A DNA stretch of 64,000 nucleotides from a virus (taxonomy: Duplodnaviria > Caudoviricetes), in IMG/VR virus record IMGVR_UViG_3300037067_007848, positions 57,009 through 121,008 of that record. One strand, written 5' to 3'. Below, in pieces: positions 29,981-39,885 of this stretch (positions are counted from its first letter, which is position 1; every line of letters starts with the position of its first letter). The notes beneath the pieces were generated by a model. It searched no databases. It had not been told where the DNA came from and saw only the letters and a list, made by a program, of their open reading frames with translations. The translations under genes were made by a program, and so were the position numbers.

Positions 29981-30778
29981 TTATTTAAGTCCTATTGTTG
30001 TTTGTGCAAAATTATCTGTTTCTTCCATCAAATCTAATAATTCTTGTCTTTTTTGATTTAATAATTCGACATTTCCAATTTCTAAATATTTCATTAATTG
30101 CATTATTTGTTGGTGTGCCCCGCCGTAACAATTGGTATAAAATGCACATAATTTACATTGTTCGGCCTTATTACTGATTAATTTTCCATCTTTAACTATT
30201 TGTGGTGGAATATAATAATCACGATATGCCTTTGCAAAAATCCAATTACAAAGTGGATATTTCATTGTATTGGTAAAACAACCTTTGGAAATAACATTTA
30301 TTAAACCTTTTCTTTGAATTACATCGGTAAAATCAGTATTAATTATGGCAGTTTTCATTGCTACCCATCGTTCATAGGCTCCGTATTGATCTTCATATGG
30401 GATTTCTTCACGCCATTGAGCCGTAATATTAGTTATATTGGTTATGTTAGTTTCATTAAATGTGGGTGTTGATAATGTCAATGAAAATAAATTGTTTTTT
30501 AAAATATAATTATAAAGTTGAAATCTAAATTTTGCATATTTTTCACAATCTTTATCGAAATATGGCGTTCTATCTAATTTTTTAGGCGTTTCAAAAATAA
30601 ATAAATGGGGTTGTAATGGATAATCTAATTCAACGCATACATCGGTATATCCTTCGTGGTAATATGTAAGATAGGTAGAAACAATTTCCTTAAATCGGTC
30701 CAACGAAAAAGTTCTATGATATCCCTTATAATAAATAACCACGTTATTATCATTGTGTTCTATTGTAATATTATACAT
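29981..30778 (-). CDS. protein with a SPASM-like C-terminal Cys motif
   Basis: YPLC...CKLCAFYTNCYGG. No CxxxCxxC radical SAM motif. Confidence 0.45.
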   Translation of the reverse strand: MYNITIEHNDNNVVIYYKGYHRTFSLDRFKEIVSTYLTYYHEGYTDVCVELDYPLQPHLFIFETPKKLDRTPYFDKDCEKYAKFRFQLYNYILKNNLFSLTLSTPTFNETNITNITNITAQWREEIPYEDQYGAYERWVAMKTAIINTDFTDVIQRKGLINVISKGCFTNTMKYPLCNWIFAKAYRDYYIPPQIVKDGKLISNKAEQCKLCAFYTNCYGGAHQQIMQLMKYLEIGNVELLNQKRQELLDLMEETDNFAQTTIGLK

Positions 30779-32786
30779 TTTTTAATACATTTATATTAAA
30801 AGTATTTGTTTCAGTAATTGATTGTTTAATACCATCTACATACATTTCTATACTATTGCCGCCGTTATACACAACCATTAAAATATGTGGTGTTGGTTGT
30901 CCCCTTCCACAACTATAATATGGTGTCGTCCCAACGGCCCGATAGGATAATGTATATATATTAGTTGTTATATTATGACTATATGTTTCAAAAACTGGGC
31001 AGGCATGTGCCCCCGTTCTTTCGTCATACGTCGAATCATCTTCACTATCTATACCAAGCCCTAAAAATAATGTATTTGTACATAAAATAGGTGAGGTCCA
31101 TAAAGCAACAGCCCCAATACCAGATGGCGTTAATCCTGGTGTTGAGAAAATATCATGATTAATAAATTCCGCCATAATTGTAAAATTTGTAGAAAAATAA
31201 TTAAAATTATCTGTATTAAAATCTACATAATTATTTCCACCAAACCCATAGTAAGAATCGCCCTCACCCATTAAATATGGGGTATTATGTATATAATTCC
31301 AATAGGGCGAATCATTAGGTATAACACCATTTGTATCGTCGAATGAGCCATCACGATAATTTATTTTATTAATAACTCCAGATATATTGATTTCGTTAAA
31401 ATCCCAAAATCCAACACATTTATTTAGTAGTGGACTTTTTATATCATACTGAACACTTGGGTTTAATTGTAATTTTTCCCGACGATTATATCTAGGCGTT
31501 AATTTTTTATTAAAAACAGTAGCATTAGAATAGAGAATAGGACTTAATTGTTGATATTCTATATTTTGACGTAAAAAAGATAAAATATTTTGAATGTTAT
31601 CAATTGAAATTATATTTTCTTTATTAGTTTTTACTAATGTTTCGGTTGGAACCTCAATGTTTTTAATGGTAGCTAATAATGTATCCAATACCACCGTTTT
31701 ATTAATTGATAAATCACGCGTTGTAACCAAATTAATAACTTTGTTTAAGGCTACACTGACCGTTTGTTCCAATGTTAATGTATCAACAATTTTATATCCA
31801 TTGGCCCATGAAAGATTTAAGATATAATTAGCAACAATTTCTTTCAAGGTTGCCCAATGTTCAACATTTATTTTTTTAACAGTATATTTATTAGTGAGTT
31901 TTTCAAAAGAAAGAATAAAATTGGCTTTAATGGGATATACTGGAGTTTCCACCCAATCAATATTAATATCTGAATTATTAGCGTCTGTCTTTAGATAATC
32001 TATAACAGCATCTAAATTAGAAATAATTGGGTTATTTTGCAGCCAATCTATTACAATGGGTTGTTCTATGGACACCAAATGAGGGGTTCTTAAATAATCA
32101 ATATCAAGATTGGTTTGCCCAGTTTTACTTTCTAAATTAGCAATCGGCATTACCTGTTGGGTTACAATATTTTCCCATTCTTTTTTATATTCAATAGGGA
32201 TATCTTTATTGGTGTTGGTTTCGGCCACCCAAAAGATAGGCATAGTTTTTTCTATAGAAAATGCCGTAAATCCTAATTCTATATTTAATGCTTTGGCAAT
32301 AGCTTTTCGATTCAAATAACTAATATTGGCAATGGTATTACTAAATAATTTACCTAAATAATCCATTGTTAAAGTTTTATCTATTTTAACAGTAGAAATA
32401 TGTTCAACATTAATAGCGGAGTCAAACAAAACATTTAATATAGAAGAAATAGGAATTCCCGTTTCTTTCCAAATACTGATTAAAATCTCAATATTAAAGA
32501 TGGTATCGGCCCGTATTCCACTGGTAATCCATGGTAGTGGGCCATCGGGATCGTCAGGTTCGTTTCCATTATATATATCCTCAGCCGTTATCCCAAATAA
32601 ATCCATTATGCCCAAAATAATTGACGAATTAAGGGCATCTGGCGTAATATAATAAACAGTATCTCCAGTTTCAGGATCGGTTGTTACACCTTCGTATGAA
32701 TATCCAAGTTCTTCTTCAATTAATGCTACATTTTCCAAGATAATTTGCGATATTATCCAGTCTAATGTAGTTCCAGTCCAGGCCAT
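30771..32786 (-). CDS. fibre-like protein with I-(D/E)-(W/Y) repeats and a C-terminally truncated LamG domain
   Basis: Repeats of about 13-17 aa in the middle. SPLLNKCVGFWDFNE...FTIMAEF...HILMVVY...MYVDG, then a stop. Confidence 0.55.
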   Translation of the reverse strand: MAWTGTTLDWIISQIILENVALIEEELGYSYEGVTTDPETGDTVYYITPDALNSSIILGIMDLFGITAEDIYNGNEPDDPDGPLPWITSGIRADTIFNIEILISIWKETGIPISSILNVLFDSAINVEHISTVKIDKTLTMDYLGKLFSNTIANISYLNRKAIAKALNIELGFTAFSIEKTMPIFWVAETNTNKDIPIEYKKEWENIVTQQVMPIANLESKTGQTNLDIDYLRTPHLVSIEQPIVIDWLQNNPIISNLDAVIDYLKTDANNSDINIDWVETPVYPIKANFILSFEKLTNKYTVKKINVEHWATLKEIVANYILNLSWANGYKIVDTLTLEQTVSVALNKVINLVTTRDLSINKTVVLDTLLATIKNIEVPTETLVKTNKENIISIDNIQNILSFLRQNIEYQQLSPILYSNATVFNKKLTPRYNRREKLQLNPSVQYDIKSPLLNKCVGFWDFNEINISGVINKINYRDGSFDDTNGVIPNDSPYWNYIHNTPYLMGEGDSYYGFGGNNYVDFNTDNFNYFSTNFTIMAEFINHDIFSTPGLTPSGIGAVALWTSPILCTNTLFLGLGIDSEDDSTYDERTGAHACPVFETYSHNITTNIYTLSYRAVGTTPYYSCGRGQPTPHILMVVYNGGNSIEMYVDGIKQSITETNTFNINVLKNV

Positions 32787-32789
32787 TAT

Positions 32790-33833
32790 TTACACCTCAA
32801 AAACTTGAAATTGATTAAACGTTGTATAGGAATAGGTATTTTGCACAAATCCACCATCTACACCACCACCTTCGTGATTTACTCCCACTAATTTATTCAT
32901 ACTTCCCAAGGCTAAAATACATTCATTACACACATAAATATTAATTAATTCGCCCTTTGTATTACTGCGATATTGGCATGAGGCGGGTGTATAAACACCT
33001 AGTTCGGTCATTGACATATTATCACCACTTACACTAGTTACGGTAATATCAGTGTTAATTTGGATGGGTGATTGTGGCTTTCTACAATAGGGCATTTTAC
33101 TACCATATGACGGAACTATTTCTTGGTTAATATTTCCTCTTACAACTATTTTATTGATATGTAATGTTGGACCTGGAATACCATTTGACAACATACCAGG
33201 AATTGATAAAGGAAGAATGGTTTTAGCGGGGGCAGTTCCGCCATTTATCCAATGTTGGCGTCTTGCAACCCACCCATTATATGGGGAATTAACGCCAGCA
33301 AATTGCCCGTCAAATGATAGTCCCGCAATATATGCCTTGTCTACCGCATTAACTATCCGCGAATCTTTTTGCCATCCCTTATTATGCCCAATATATGAAA
33401 GCGATTCGCTAAAATAGCCATTGGAATCAAATGTATATTCAAACGATGTCATATACATGCCCGTGCATTGTAAAATATTAGTTGGTGTGCCATTTGCCGA
33501 ACTTTGAGAATCATCAAAAACGGCAAGGGCAAATGCACATGGGTGTTGAGAACATTCTATTATGACTGGGGATAGTGTATCACTTGTCGATAAGGTATAT
33601 AAAAGAGGATAGCCATCCAGCACACGCCTTACGGTCAATGTTACTTCTTGGCTATCCTCTGTAGATAGATAAATTGGGGCTTCCCCCAAAGTGTTTATTG
33701 CATTTTGCCCAAATTGCCCATTTACACCCACACTTTGAACACCGTGCAATGCAGTAAAAGCAAGCCCGCTACCTGTGGCAAGTTCCGTTCTTACGCCGAC
33801 CTGTTGTATAGCATAATTTATTCGGAATCCCAT
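32790..33833 (-). CDS. tail tube-like protein, paralog 2
   Basis: RINYAIQQV...HGVQSV...LDGYPLLYTLST...YSYTTFN aligns along its length with 33898-35073. Confidence 0.65.
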   Translation of the reverse strand: MGFRINYAIQQVGVRTELATGSGLAFTALHGVQSVGVNGQFGQNAINTLGEAPIYLSTEDSQEVTLTVRRVLDGYPLLYTLSTSDTLSPVIIECSQHPCAFALAVFDDSQSSANGTPTNILQCTGMYMTSFEYTFDSNGYFSESLSYIGHNKGWQKDSRIVNAVDKAYIAGLSFDGQFAGVNSPYNGWVARRQHWINGGTAPAKTILPLSIPGMLSNGIPGPTLHINKIVVRGNINQEIVPSYGSKMPYCRKPQSPIQINTDITVTSVSGDNMSMTELGVYTPASCQYRSNTKGELINIYVCNECILALGSMNKLVGVNHEGGGVDGGFVQNTYSYTTFNQFQVFEV

Positions 33834-33897
33834 TCACATTATTTTCCTTATTAAAATTGGGCGTTACTTGCCAAGTGGGCTATCGCTTCCCCCAATG

Positions 33898-35073
33898 CTA
33901 ATTTAATAGCCATGCTGATCCCGTGGCCCAAAGTGTATTAGTCGTGGCCAATGCCTCGGCTGACAAACTTGGTTCACCAGAATGCATAACTGTAAGATCA
34001 TTAAACGTCCTATATGTATACGAAACGGTCGCCTGCCCACCACCAGTATCCCCATTTCCAAAATTAGAAGAGGCCATTTTATTTTTAAGACCACAATATA
34101 CTCGAAGCCCCTCGCATGTTGCAATACGAATGGTACGGTCACTTAAATTACCCGAATCCGACCCACATCCACCTGCGGCATTACTCAAAATACCACCTTG
34201 GGTAACAGATGTAAAATCACCACTAGTTGCGGTAATACTGATTTCGGTTGTAACTTCAACAGGTGGTTTGAAAGCCCTAAAATATGGGGCTTTTCGTCCA
34301 AGTTCTGTTAGATTTTCACGATTAAGATTAGCACTTACACTTATACTATCTAAGTGTGCACGATATGAACTATTAAGATCATTGGTCCCGCTTACACCAA
34401 TACCAGCAATATCTTGTGGTAAAATTGTGCAATCTGGATCAAGCAATGAACCGTTTGCATCGGCAGTTGTTACACTAGCCGCAGGAGACAATGCTAAATG
34501 TTGCCTACGATTTACGCCTCCCACACCTATTGGCCCGTCATTTCCATTAAAATATCCTGTAATACCAATGCTACTGGCCCAGGCACTATCAGTAGTGTTT
34601 AATATACGACTATCGCCCTTCCAAACTCTATCATTACCAACCAGAGAAACTTCTTCTGTAAAATTACCATTGTTGGGGAAATTATATCGAACGCTCGAAA
34701 CGACCAAACCTGACGCCTCGGCCTGTGCCAATGGAGTTCCTTGAGACGACGTTAAAGATTCACTATAAACAGATAAATTGGCCACGCATTTTTGATTAGC
34801 ACGATCAGAAAGTGTGGGTGTTGTTGCTCGCATTGTAGCCAAGCAATAAACAGGTACATAACCATCTAGGAATTTATTAATAGTCATTTGTACATCGGGC
34901 AATTCCTCAATATTTTCATACAAAGATATTTGCCCAAGCTCATAAGCCTGACTTAAATTAAACGAGGTGTTAGATGCAACACTTTGTACACCGTGAACGG
35001 GGAAATAGGTGCTTCCACCATCGCACTTCATTGCAACTTGCTGTAAAGAATAAATAATTCTATTGTTTGGCAT
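33898..35073 (-). CDS. major tail (tube) protein
   Basis: Follows the neck genes. Has its own late promoter and AGGAG RBS. GVQSV...YELGQ..YENIE. Confidence 0.7.
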   Translation of the reverse strand: MPNNRIIYSLQQVAMKCDGGSTYFPVHGVQSVASNTSFNLSQAYELGQISLYENIEELPDVQMTINKFLDGYVPVYCLATMRATTPTLSDRANQKCVANLSVYSESLTSSQGTPLAQAEASGLVVSSVRYNFPNNGNFTEEVSLVGNDRVWKGDSRILNTTDSAWASSIGITGYFNGNDGPIGVGGVNRRQHLALSPAASVTTADANGSLLDPDCTILPQDIAGIGVSGTNDLNSSYRAHLDSISVSANLNRENLTELGRKAPYFRAFKPPVEVTTEISITATSGDFTSVTQGGILSNAAGGCGSDSGNLSDRTIRIATCEGLRVYCGLKNKMASSNFGNGDTGGGQATVSYTYRTFNDLTVMHSGEPSLSAEALATTNTLWATGSAWLLN

Positions 35074-35103
35074 TATTTTTATCTCCTGTTTATATATTAT
35101 CTA

Positions 35104-35120
35104 CTAATATTAAATACACC
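35104..35120 (-). promoter_or_regulatory. late promoter motif
   Basis: GGTGTATTTAATATTAG upstream of the major tail gene. Confidence 0.6.
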
Positions 35121-35127
35121 ATTATAT

Positions 35128-36084
35128 CTAAATCTTATCAAAAACCAATTCAAGTGTCGTCAAAACCATTCCGTCATATAAATTGCGATATTGCATATTA
35201 CTTTCAATACTACGACATTTGGTAAATCTACATAATCTATCTCGATATCCAGTTTCGGACACCAAATCGGAATATAATAAATTGTTTATTTTTTCACCTC
35301 GATAATTAATAGGAAAAACTTTATCTGTTTTAATTTTATTTTCATCGAACAAATAAATAGACCTGTCATTTTGGAGTAAAAACACACTCATTAAATCGTT
35401 TCGCACCCGCCGTTTTTCTGACAAAACATGGAATAATACATCCTGTTGTAAAACCAACGACCCATTCCCCATTTCATATGGATACGAACCAGCCCTGGGA
35501 ATAACCTGTAAAATTATCGCTGGAAGTTGTATTCTATTAAACGATCCGATGGACCAATTCCCAGTTCGCGGGTCTTGTGTAAACTGGGTATTTGTTGAAT
35601 CTTGCGTATTATATTGTAATTCTTGGAGCCAGGGGGCTTCGTCGGCAATGTAGGTTTGGACATTTCTATAACTATAATTTATATATACATTGCTAGAGGT
35701 GGAAATTGGTGTATTGAAAATAACGCGACCTTGTGGATAATCCACGTAATATCCGCCCGTAATACTAATTCCGCTCACCGTGACCGAATTAATTGCAATT
35801 GGATAGTTCCCGCTAAAGGACACCCCAGTTTCCCATGCCCAATCTTTTCTTATTCCTTGCCAAACCTGCCCATTTGTATAGGACTGCTCATTCACCCAAG
35901 ATAATTTACCTGGATTACCAACTGGGGATGATAAATATCCAGTCCAATTTACGTTGGTCCACGCCCCGATTTGTAAAAACGCATTATCAAGGAAATATTT
36001 CAAATTATTTTCTATAGACGTGGCAATCTGCACATCATTGTAATTATATACGCCTTTAAAATGAGTATAATCTAAATTACACAC
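35128..36084 (-). CDS. tail terminator / completion protein (putative)
   Basis: Lies before the tail tube. LPAIIL...YEMGN...QDVLFHVLSE and VDYPQGRVIF. Confidence 0.5.
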   Translation of the reverse strand: MCNLDYTHFKGVYNYNDVQIATSIENNLKYFLDNAFLQIGAWTNVNWTGYLSSPVGNPGKLSWVNEQSYTNGQVWQGIRKDWAWETGVSFSGNYPIAINSVTVSGISITGGYYVDYPQGRVIFNTPISTSSNVYINYSYRNVQTYIADEAPWLQELQYNTQDSTNTQFTQDPRTGNWSIGSFNRIQLPAIILQVIPRAGSYPYEMGNGSLVLQQDVLFHVLSEKRRVRNDLMSVFLLQNDRSIYLFDENKIKTDKVFPINYRGEKINNLLYSDLVSETGYRDRLCRFTKCRSIESNMQYRNLYDGMVLTTLELVFDKI

Positions 36085-36751
36085 TTAATGAACTTTCTAT
36101 AATGGTTTTTATGGCCGCGTCATCATTAATAATACTTTCGAGTAATTTTGTTATTTCGTTGTCGTCTTCCGTCCCCGAAAATTGTGAAACATGCCAATTT
36201 GCCCCAGTTTGCTTTCTCATAATGGCTATTTTACTTCTTCCCCGTGAACTGGCCATAACTTTATACCCAAGTATAATTGGTTGGTCTCCACGTTTTAATA
36301 ACCATTCTAGCCATGGTAAATCTTCCCCATTATCTGTAATTACGTGTGAGGCGGCATCTGCACAAACTGCCGCCCAATCAGTATCAAGCATTTTAATATA
36401 AAATATACCGCGAATATCTTTACTCGTTTTTTTTACCTGTGCCGTACAAACAATTTGAGACATCCATATATCGGCAATACATTTTAATCTCGAATAATAA
36501 TCGTTAAATGGAAGGCCAACCTCGCCCATTAACCATTGATTTTGTAGTGCGTCCCATAATTCACTATTAAATAATCGCCCATTAAATAAAGCCTGGATTT
36601 TACCCTCAATAATTGGGGCGGCTGCATATATAACTGTACTAAAATATGCGAATAATTCGTCTAAAATTGCATTTCTAATTTGATTTTCTAAAAACTTTGG
36701 ATTGTCTTTACACTTAATTTTTAATTTAATCAACTGCCAACCCTTTCCCAA
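36077..36751 (-). CDS. neck / tail completion protein (putative)
   Basis: Lies in the neck cluster. LPWLEWLL motif. Confidence 0.45.
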   Translation of the reverse strand: MGKGWQLIKLKIKCKDNPKFLENQIRNAILDELFAYFSTVIYAAAPIIEGKIQALFNGRLFNSELWDALQNQWLMGEVGLPFNDYYSRLKCIADIWMSQIVCTAQVKKTSKDIRGIFYIKMLDTDWAAVCADAASHVITDNGEDLPWLEWLLKRGDQPIILGYKVMASSRGRSKIAIMRKQTGANWHVSQFSGTEDDNEITKLLESIINDDAAIKTIIESSLSV

Positions 36752-37266
36752 TTACACACACAATATCCCTGTTGGCCTAATCCAATGGTAAAAGGCTCAA
36801 TAGTTCGTTCAAATATATGTTTTGTATAATTATCCAGGTGGGTAGATAGCCATATTTGTTTTGCCCGACGAATATCAGTAATAGTGGCCTGTTTAGTTAA
36901 TGTTTGGGCAACTCCAAAAGGAACTAATATTTTATTAGACGCCTGCCCAGCAAAACCAACCCAATCTTTATAATTCCATACGACCAATGGATAAATTATT
37001 GAATTTTCGTCAACAGTAATTAGCCCAATTCCATGACAATATGGACAATTTCCATTGGTAAAAGCAATAGGTCCGCCAGTTTTATATATACCAGCCGATG
37101 TTTTTCCAACACTATCATATTCACAATTTGGGCAAACTGTTGTGTTTGTGTCGTCAAAAATAAGTTGACATGGCAATGTTAATGCAGTCGTTTCTAACAA
37201 TGCGTCAATAGCATCATTAAAAACACTATGAAAACCCGCATTAATAATACCGTCAAACATACCCAT
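36730..37266 (-). CDS. head closure protein with Zn ribbon (putative)
   Basis: CPNC...CPYCHGIG; lies in the neck cluster. Confidence 0.5.
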   Translation of the reverse strand: MGMFDGIINAGFHSVFNDAIDALLETTALTLPCQLIFDDTNTTVCPNCEYDSVGKTSAGIYKTGGPIAFTNGNCPYCHGIGLITVDENSIIYPLVVWNYKDWVGFAGQASNKILVPFGVAQTLTKQATITDIRRAKQIWLSTHLDNYTKHIFERTIEPFTIGLGQQGYCVCNWERVGS

Positions 37267-37271
37267 ATTTA

Positions 37272-37484
37272 TTATCCGTAATAAGTAGGATCGTCAAAAC
37301 GGTCAATGTATTTACCACTAATTCCAGCACTACCTGTAATTTCTGGGGTATGAATAACATTTGACGAATTAATATAAAAACCGTCTCCAGCGTTCAAATA
37401 ACTTACAATTGATCCAGGAAAAACACTTAAATTACAATTATTTACCTGATTCCCCGAAATCGCGGGAAAAATATCTTCTGCCAT
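37272..37484 (-). CDS. small hypothetical protein
   Basis: GAGG RBS; lies within the operon. Confidence 0.5.
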   Translation of the reverse strand: MAEDIFPAISGNQVNNCNLSVFPGSIVSYLNAGDGFYINSSNVIHTPEITGSAGISGKYIDRFDDPTYYG

Positions 37485-37506
37485 ATTAACCTCTTTGGAT
37501 TATCAC

Positions 37507-38025
37507 CTATAAAATATAATTATTTCTACTTTCAAAAGATTCATAATGATTTAGTGTTTGTGGATCAAAATTATTACCAATAAATGGACTCATAACAGCC
37601 TTGCATAATAGTCCGCCACCATAAATATAATCCTGCCTCATAGTTTGGTATGACGCACATGGGCCGACTTCCAATAAATCTTTGAAAGCCTTATTTCTAT
37701 TTAATACTGAAAGAGTGGCTGGCCCGCACCGTGCCGTTACACCTTCCATTAACGCCTGTGTTCTAAATGTAGAAAAATCGCACACACAAGCCGACCTCAT
37801 AACTACAAAATTTGTAAATATTTCATCGGCACTTGGGTCGGGACTAATAGTTTTATTTATAATATCAATTGTATAAGTGGTTGAAAATTGAATATCTTGT
37901 TTGGTGTACATTGCCCCCACCATTAAAATATCCGTCAATCTACAATCGCTATAGGTATAGGCAGCCGAATTAGAATCGTTAATAATAACTCGTAAAATAG
38001 CAATTGCACTATCAATCCATGCCAT
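37507..38025 (-). CDS. head-tail adaptor (putative)
   Basis: LRVIINDS....YSDCRL is an adaptor-like N-terminus. Confidence 0.55.
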   Translation of the reverse strand: MAWIDSAIAILRVIINDSNSAAYTYSDCRLTDILMVGAMYTKQDIQFSTTYTIDIINKTISPDPSADEIFTNFVVMRSACVCDFSTFRTQALMEGVTARCGPATLSVLNRNKAFKDLLEVGPCASYQTMRQDYIYGGGLLCKAVMSPFIGNNFDPQTLNHYESFESRNNYIL

Positions 38026-38042
38026 TTATTTTACCACCTTTA

Positions 38043-38831
38043 TTAAATTGAATTACCAGATACAGACATGGTATAGGTAGACTTACTTGGTACAACACCC
38101 GCCCCAAGAGTCAATTTTAGCCAAACTCCGACGGCCCCACTTGGGCGTAAATCTGTATCTTGTAATAATGTTTTGGCAACACTATCAAAAGTTCCAACCT
38201 GAACGCCAGTTGCGGATGGGGCAGTTAGCCTATTTGTCGATGTATTTGAACCATAACTAGCATTATCTGTACAATATTTCTCTAGGTCAAAATCAATACT
38301 TCCTGCAATACCGCCAGACACCTCGGAAATAGTTGTCCCGAGCAAGGCATATGTCTCATTATTATTTTTAACAAATATTTTTTCATAGAAATATCTTACA
38401 CTGCCACCTTCAATATCAGAGGCGACATTATAAAAAGGTCTACGAATTTGCGATATTCCACTTACCATAGTGGCAATTATTGAAGAATTTTGATCTTGAA
38501 TAGTAATGGTTCCACTATGTCCTGGTCTTTGAATTATTTTCATAATTCTTTCAAAACTGGTCGTCCCACTACTAATCACATTACCACTTACCGTAATTGT
38601 CCCACTAACAATACTACCAGCCGTATTTCGCCCATATATATCAACATAAACGCCTGTATCAGTTGTTAAAGAAGATACAACTCCAACAGGCCCCGCTGGG
38701 GCATTGGCCAAAGTTGAACTATCAAATACAACACGGGTGTTAATATCAATCCCACTTCCTTGTACAGTGGTGTCATCCTCTGCCATATAATTTGATCCGT
38801 AAAATATTAAATCGCCTGAAGCTACTGACAT
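38043..38831 (-). CDS. virion structural protein
   Basis: YEKIFVKNNN...GVWLKLT motifs. S/G/T-rich. Confidence 0.5.
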   Translation of the reverse strand: MSVASGDLIFYGSNYMAEDDTTVQGSGIDINTRVVFDSSTLANAPAGPVGVVSSLTTDTGVYVDIYGRNTAGSIVSGTITVSGNVISSGTTSFERIMKIIQRPGHSGTITIQDQNSSIIATMVSGISQIRRPFYNVASDIEGGSVRYFYEKIFVKNNNETYALLGTTISEVSGGIAGSIDFDLEKYCTDNASYGSNTSTNRLTAPSATGVQVGTFDSVAKTLLQDTDLRPSGAVGVWLKLTLGAGVVPSKSTYTMSVSGNSI

Positions 38832-38843
38832 ATTTATTCTCCG

Positions 38844-39356
38844 TTATGAAGTTTGTATTTGTGGAATTAATGGCGTTAATGTAATTTTAGAACCAGATGA
38901 TATCGTTGAAGTATTTGTACCGTTATACATAATAATTCGCCCATATTGGCACACTGGCCTAATAACAAATGATTGCCTTTGTGTTTCATACCCTGAGGCA
39001 TATACACTCATAGACCCCAGCCAATCCAATTGTCGTGAAAAAGCGGTAAAAGTAGCAGGAGTCATATAAGCATTGGCGGAGTCATTGGCTTTGCCAGCAA
39101 AACTGATATTATCTAAGGAACTTGCCATATAAAAATCGTATGTAGTCCCAACCGCTGGAGCCCCACTAGTTGTAATTTCGGCAAACATTTCATATTCGTC
39201 GGCATGAGGATTGCCAAAATTAATTCCACTTAAAGATTGTATGGCATATCCATTCACACTTTCTAAATTAAAATATCCACTAATATCCGTCCCGACTGTT
39301 CCAGTCCCAAGTGTAAATGTAGTCCCACGCCGATATAATAAATCATTGGCAGCCAT
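38844..39356 (-). CDS. virion beta-sandwich protein (paralog of 27964-28434)
   Basis: PAVGTTYDFY...YNGT. Confidence 0.5.
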   Translation of the reverse strand: MAANDLLYRRGTTFTLGTGTVGTDISGYFNLESVNGYAIQSLSGINFGNPHADEYEMFAEITTSGAPAVGTTYDFYMASSLDNISFAGKANDSANAYMTPATFTAFSRQLDWLGSMSVYASGYETQRQSFVIRPVCQYGRIIMYNGTNTSTISSGSKITLTPLIPQIQTS

Positions 39357-39856
39357 TAACTTCCAACTCCTTCATTTATCATTTTTTTAGCCCATTCTAT
39401 ATTACCAATAGATATATTTGCCCAATTATTTTGATCGACCCAATTTCTATAAATACATCCCATATCTTTAATGGCATCTGCATCTTCCTCGTCGAAAATA
39501 ACTGGATACCCATTATCGCCAGTTGTAAAATTATCAATTAATGTACGTGTCATTACACTAGAAATATCAATCCCGCTATCAAGTCCATCCCCCAATATAG
39601 TTGGCAATAAATGAGAGGTGGCATTAGCAACACTTCCCGTACCACTTGCAACGCCATTTAATGCCGATATAATTTTTTCTGCAAATTCAATTCCATATTT
39701 ATTGGCTATAGTTCTATATTTAATCATTATTGGCCGAGTCGATACCGTTTTTATAGTATTGGCCTTTAATATTGTTAGAATATTTTCCGCCGATTCATTA
39801 ATTAAACTATCATCATTAATTTTATCAACTAAATCATCATAATTCATAATTGGCAT
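39356..39856 (-). CDS. hypothetical virion protein (paralog of 28435-28905)
   Basis: Start moved to ATG 39856, directly behind the late promoter and AGGAG. YRTIA and GIDISS motifs. Confidence 0.55.
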   Translation of the reverse strand: MPIMNYDDLVDKINDDSLINESAENILTILKANTIKTVSTRPIMIKYRTIANKYGIEFAEKIISALNGVASGTGSVANATSHLLPTILGDGLDSGIDISSVMTRTLIDNFTTGDNGYPVIFDEEDADAIKDMGCIYRNWVDQNNWANISIGNIEWAKKMINEGVGS

Positions 39857-39857
39857 A

Positions 39858-39876
39858 CTCCTATATATAATACACC
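39858..39876 (-). promoter_or_regulatory. late promoter motif plus RBS
   Basis: GGTGTATTATATATAGGAG. Confidence 0.65.
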
Positions 39877-39885
39877 ATTTATCTA

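Noticed and set aside
33923-34744. 273-aa plus-strand ORF
   Set aside because: Antisense shadow of the tail tube gene, as are most short opposite-strand ORFs in the track.
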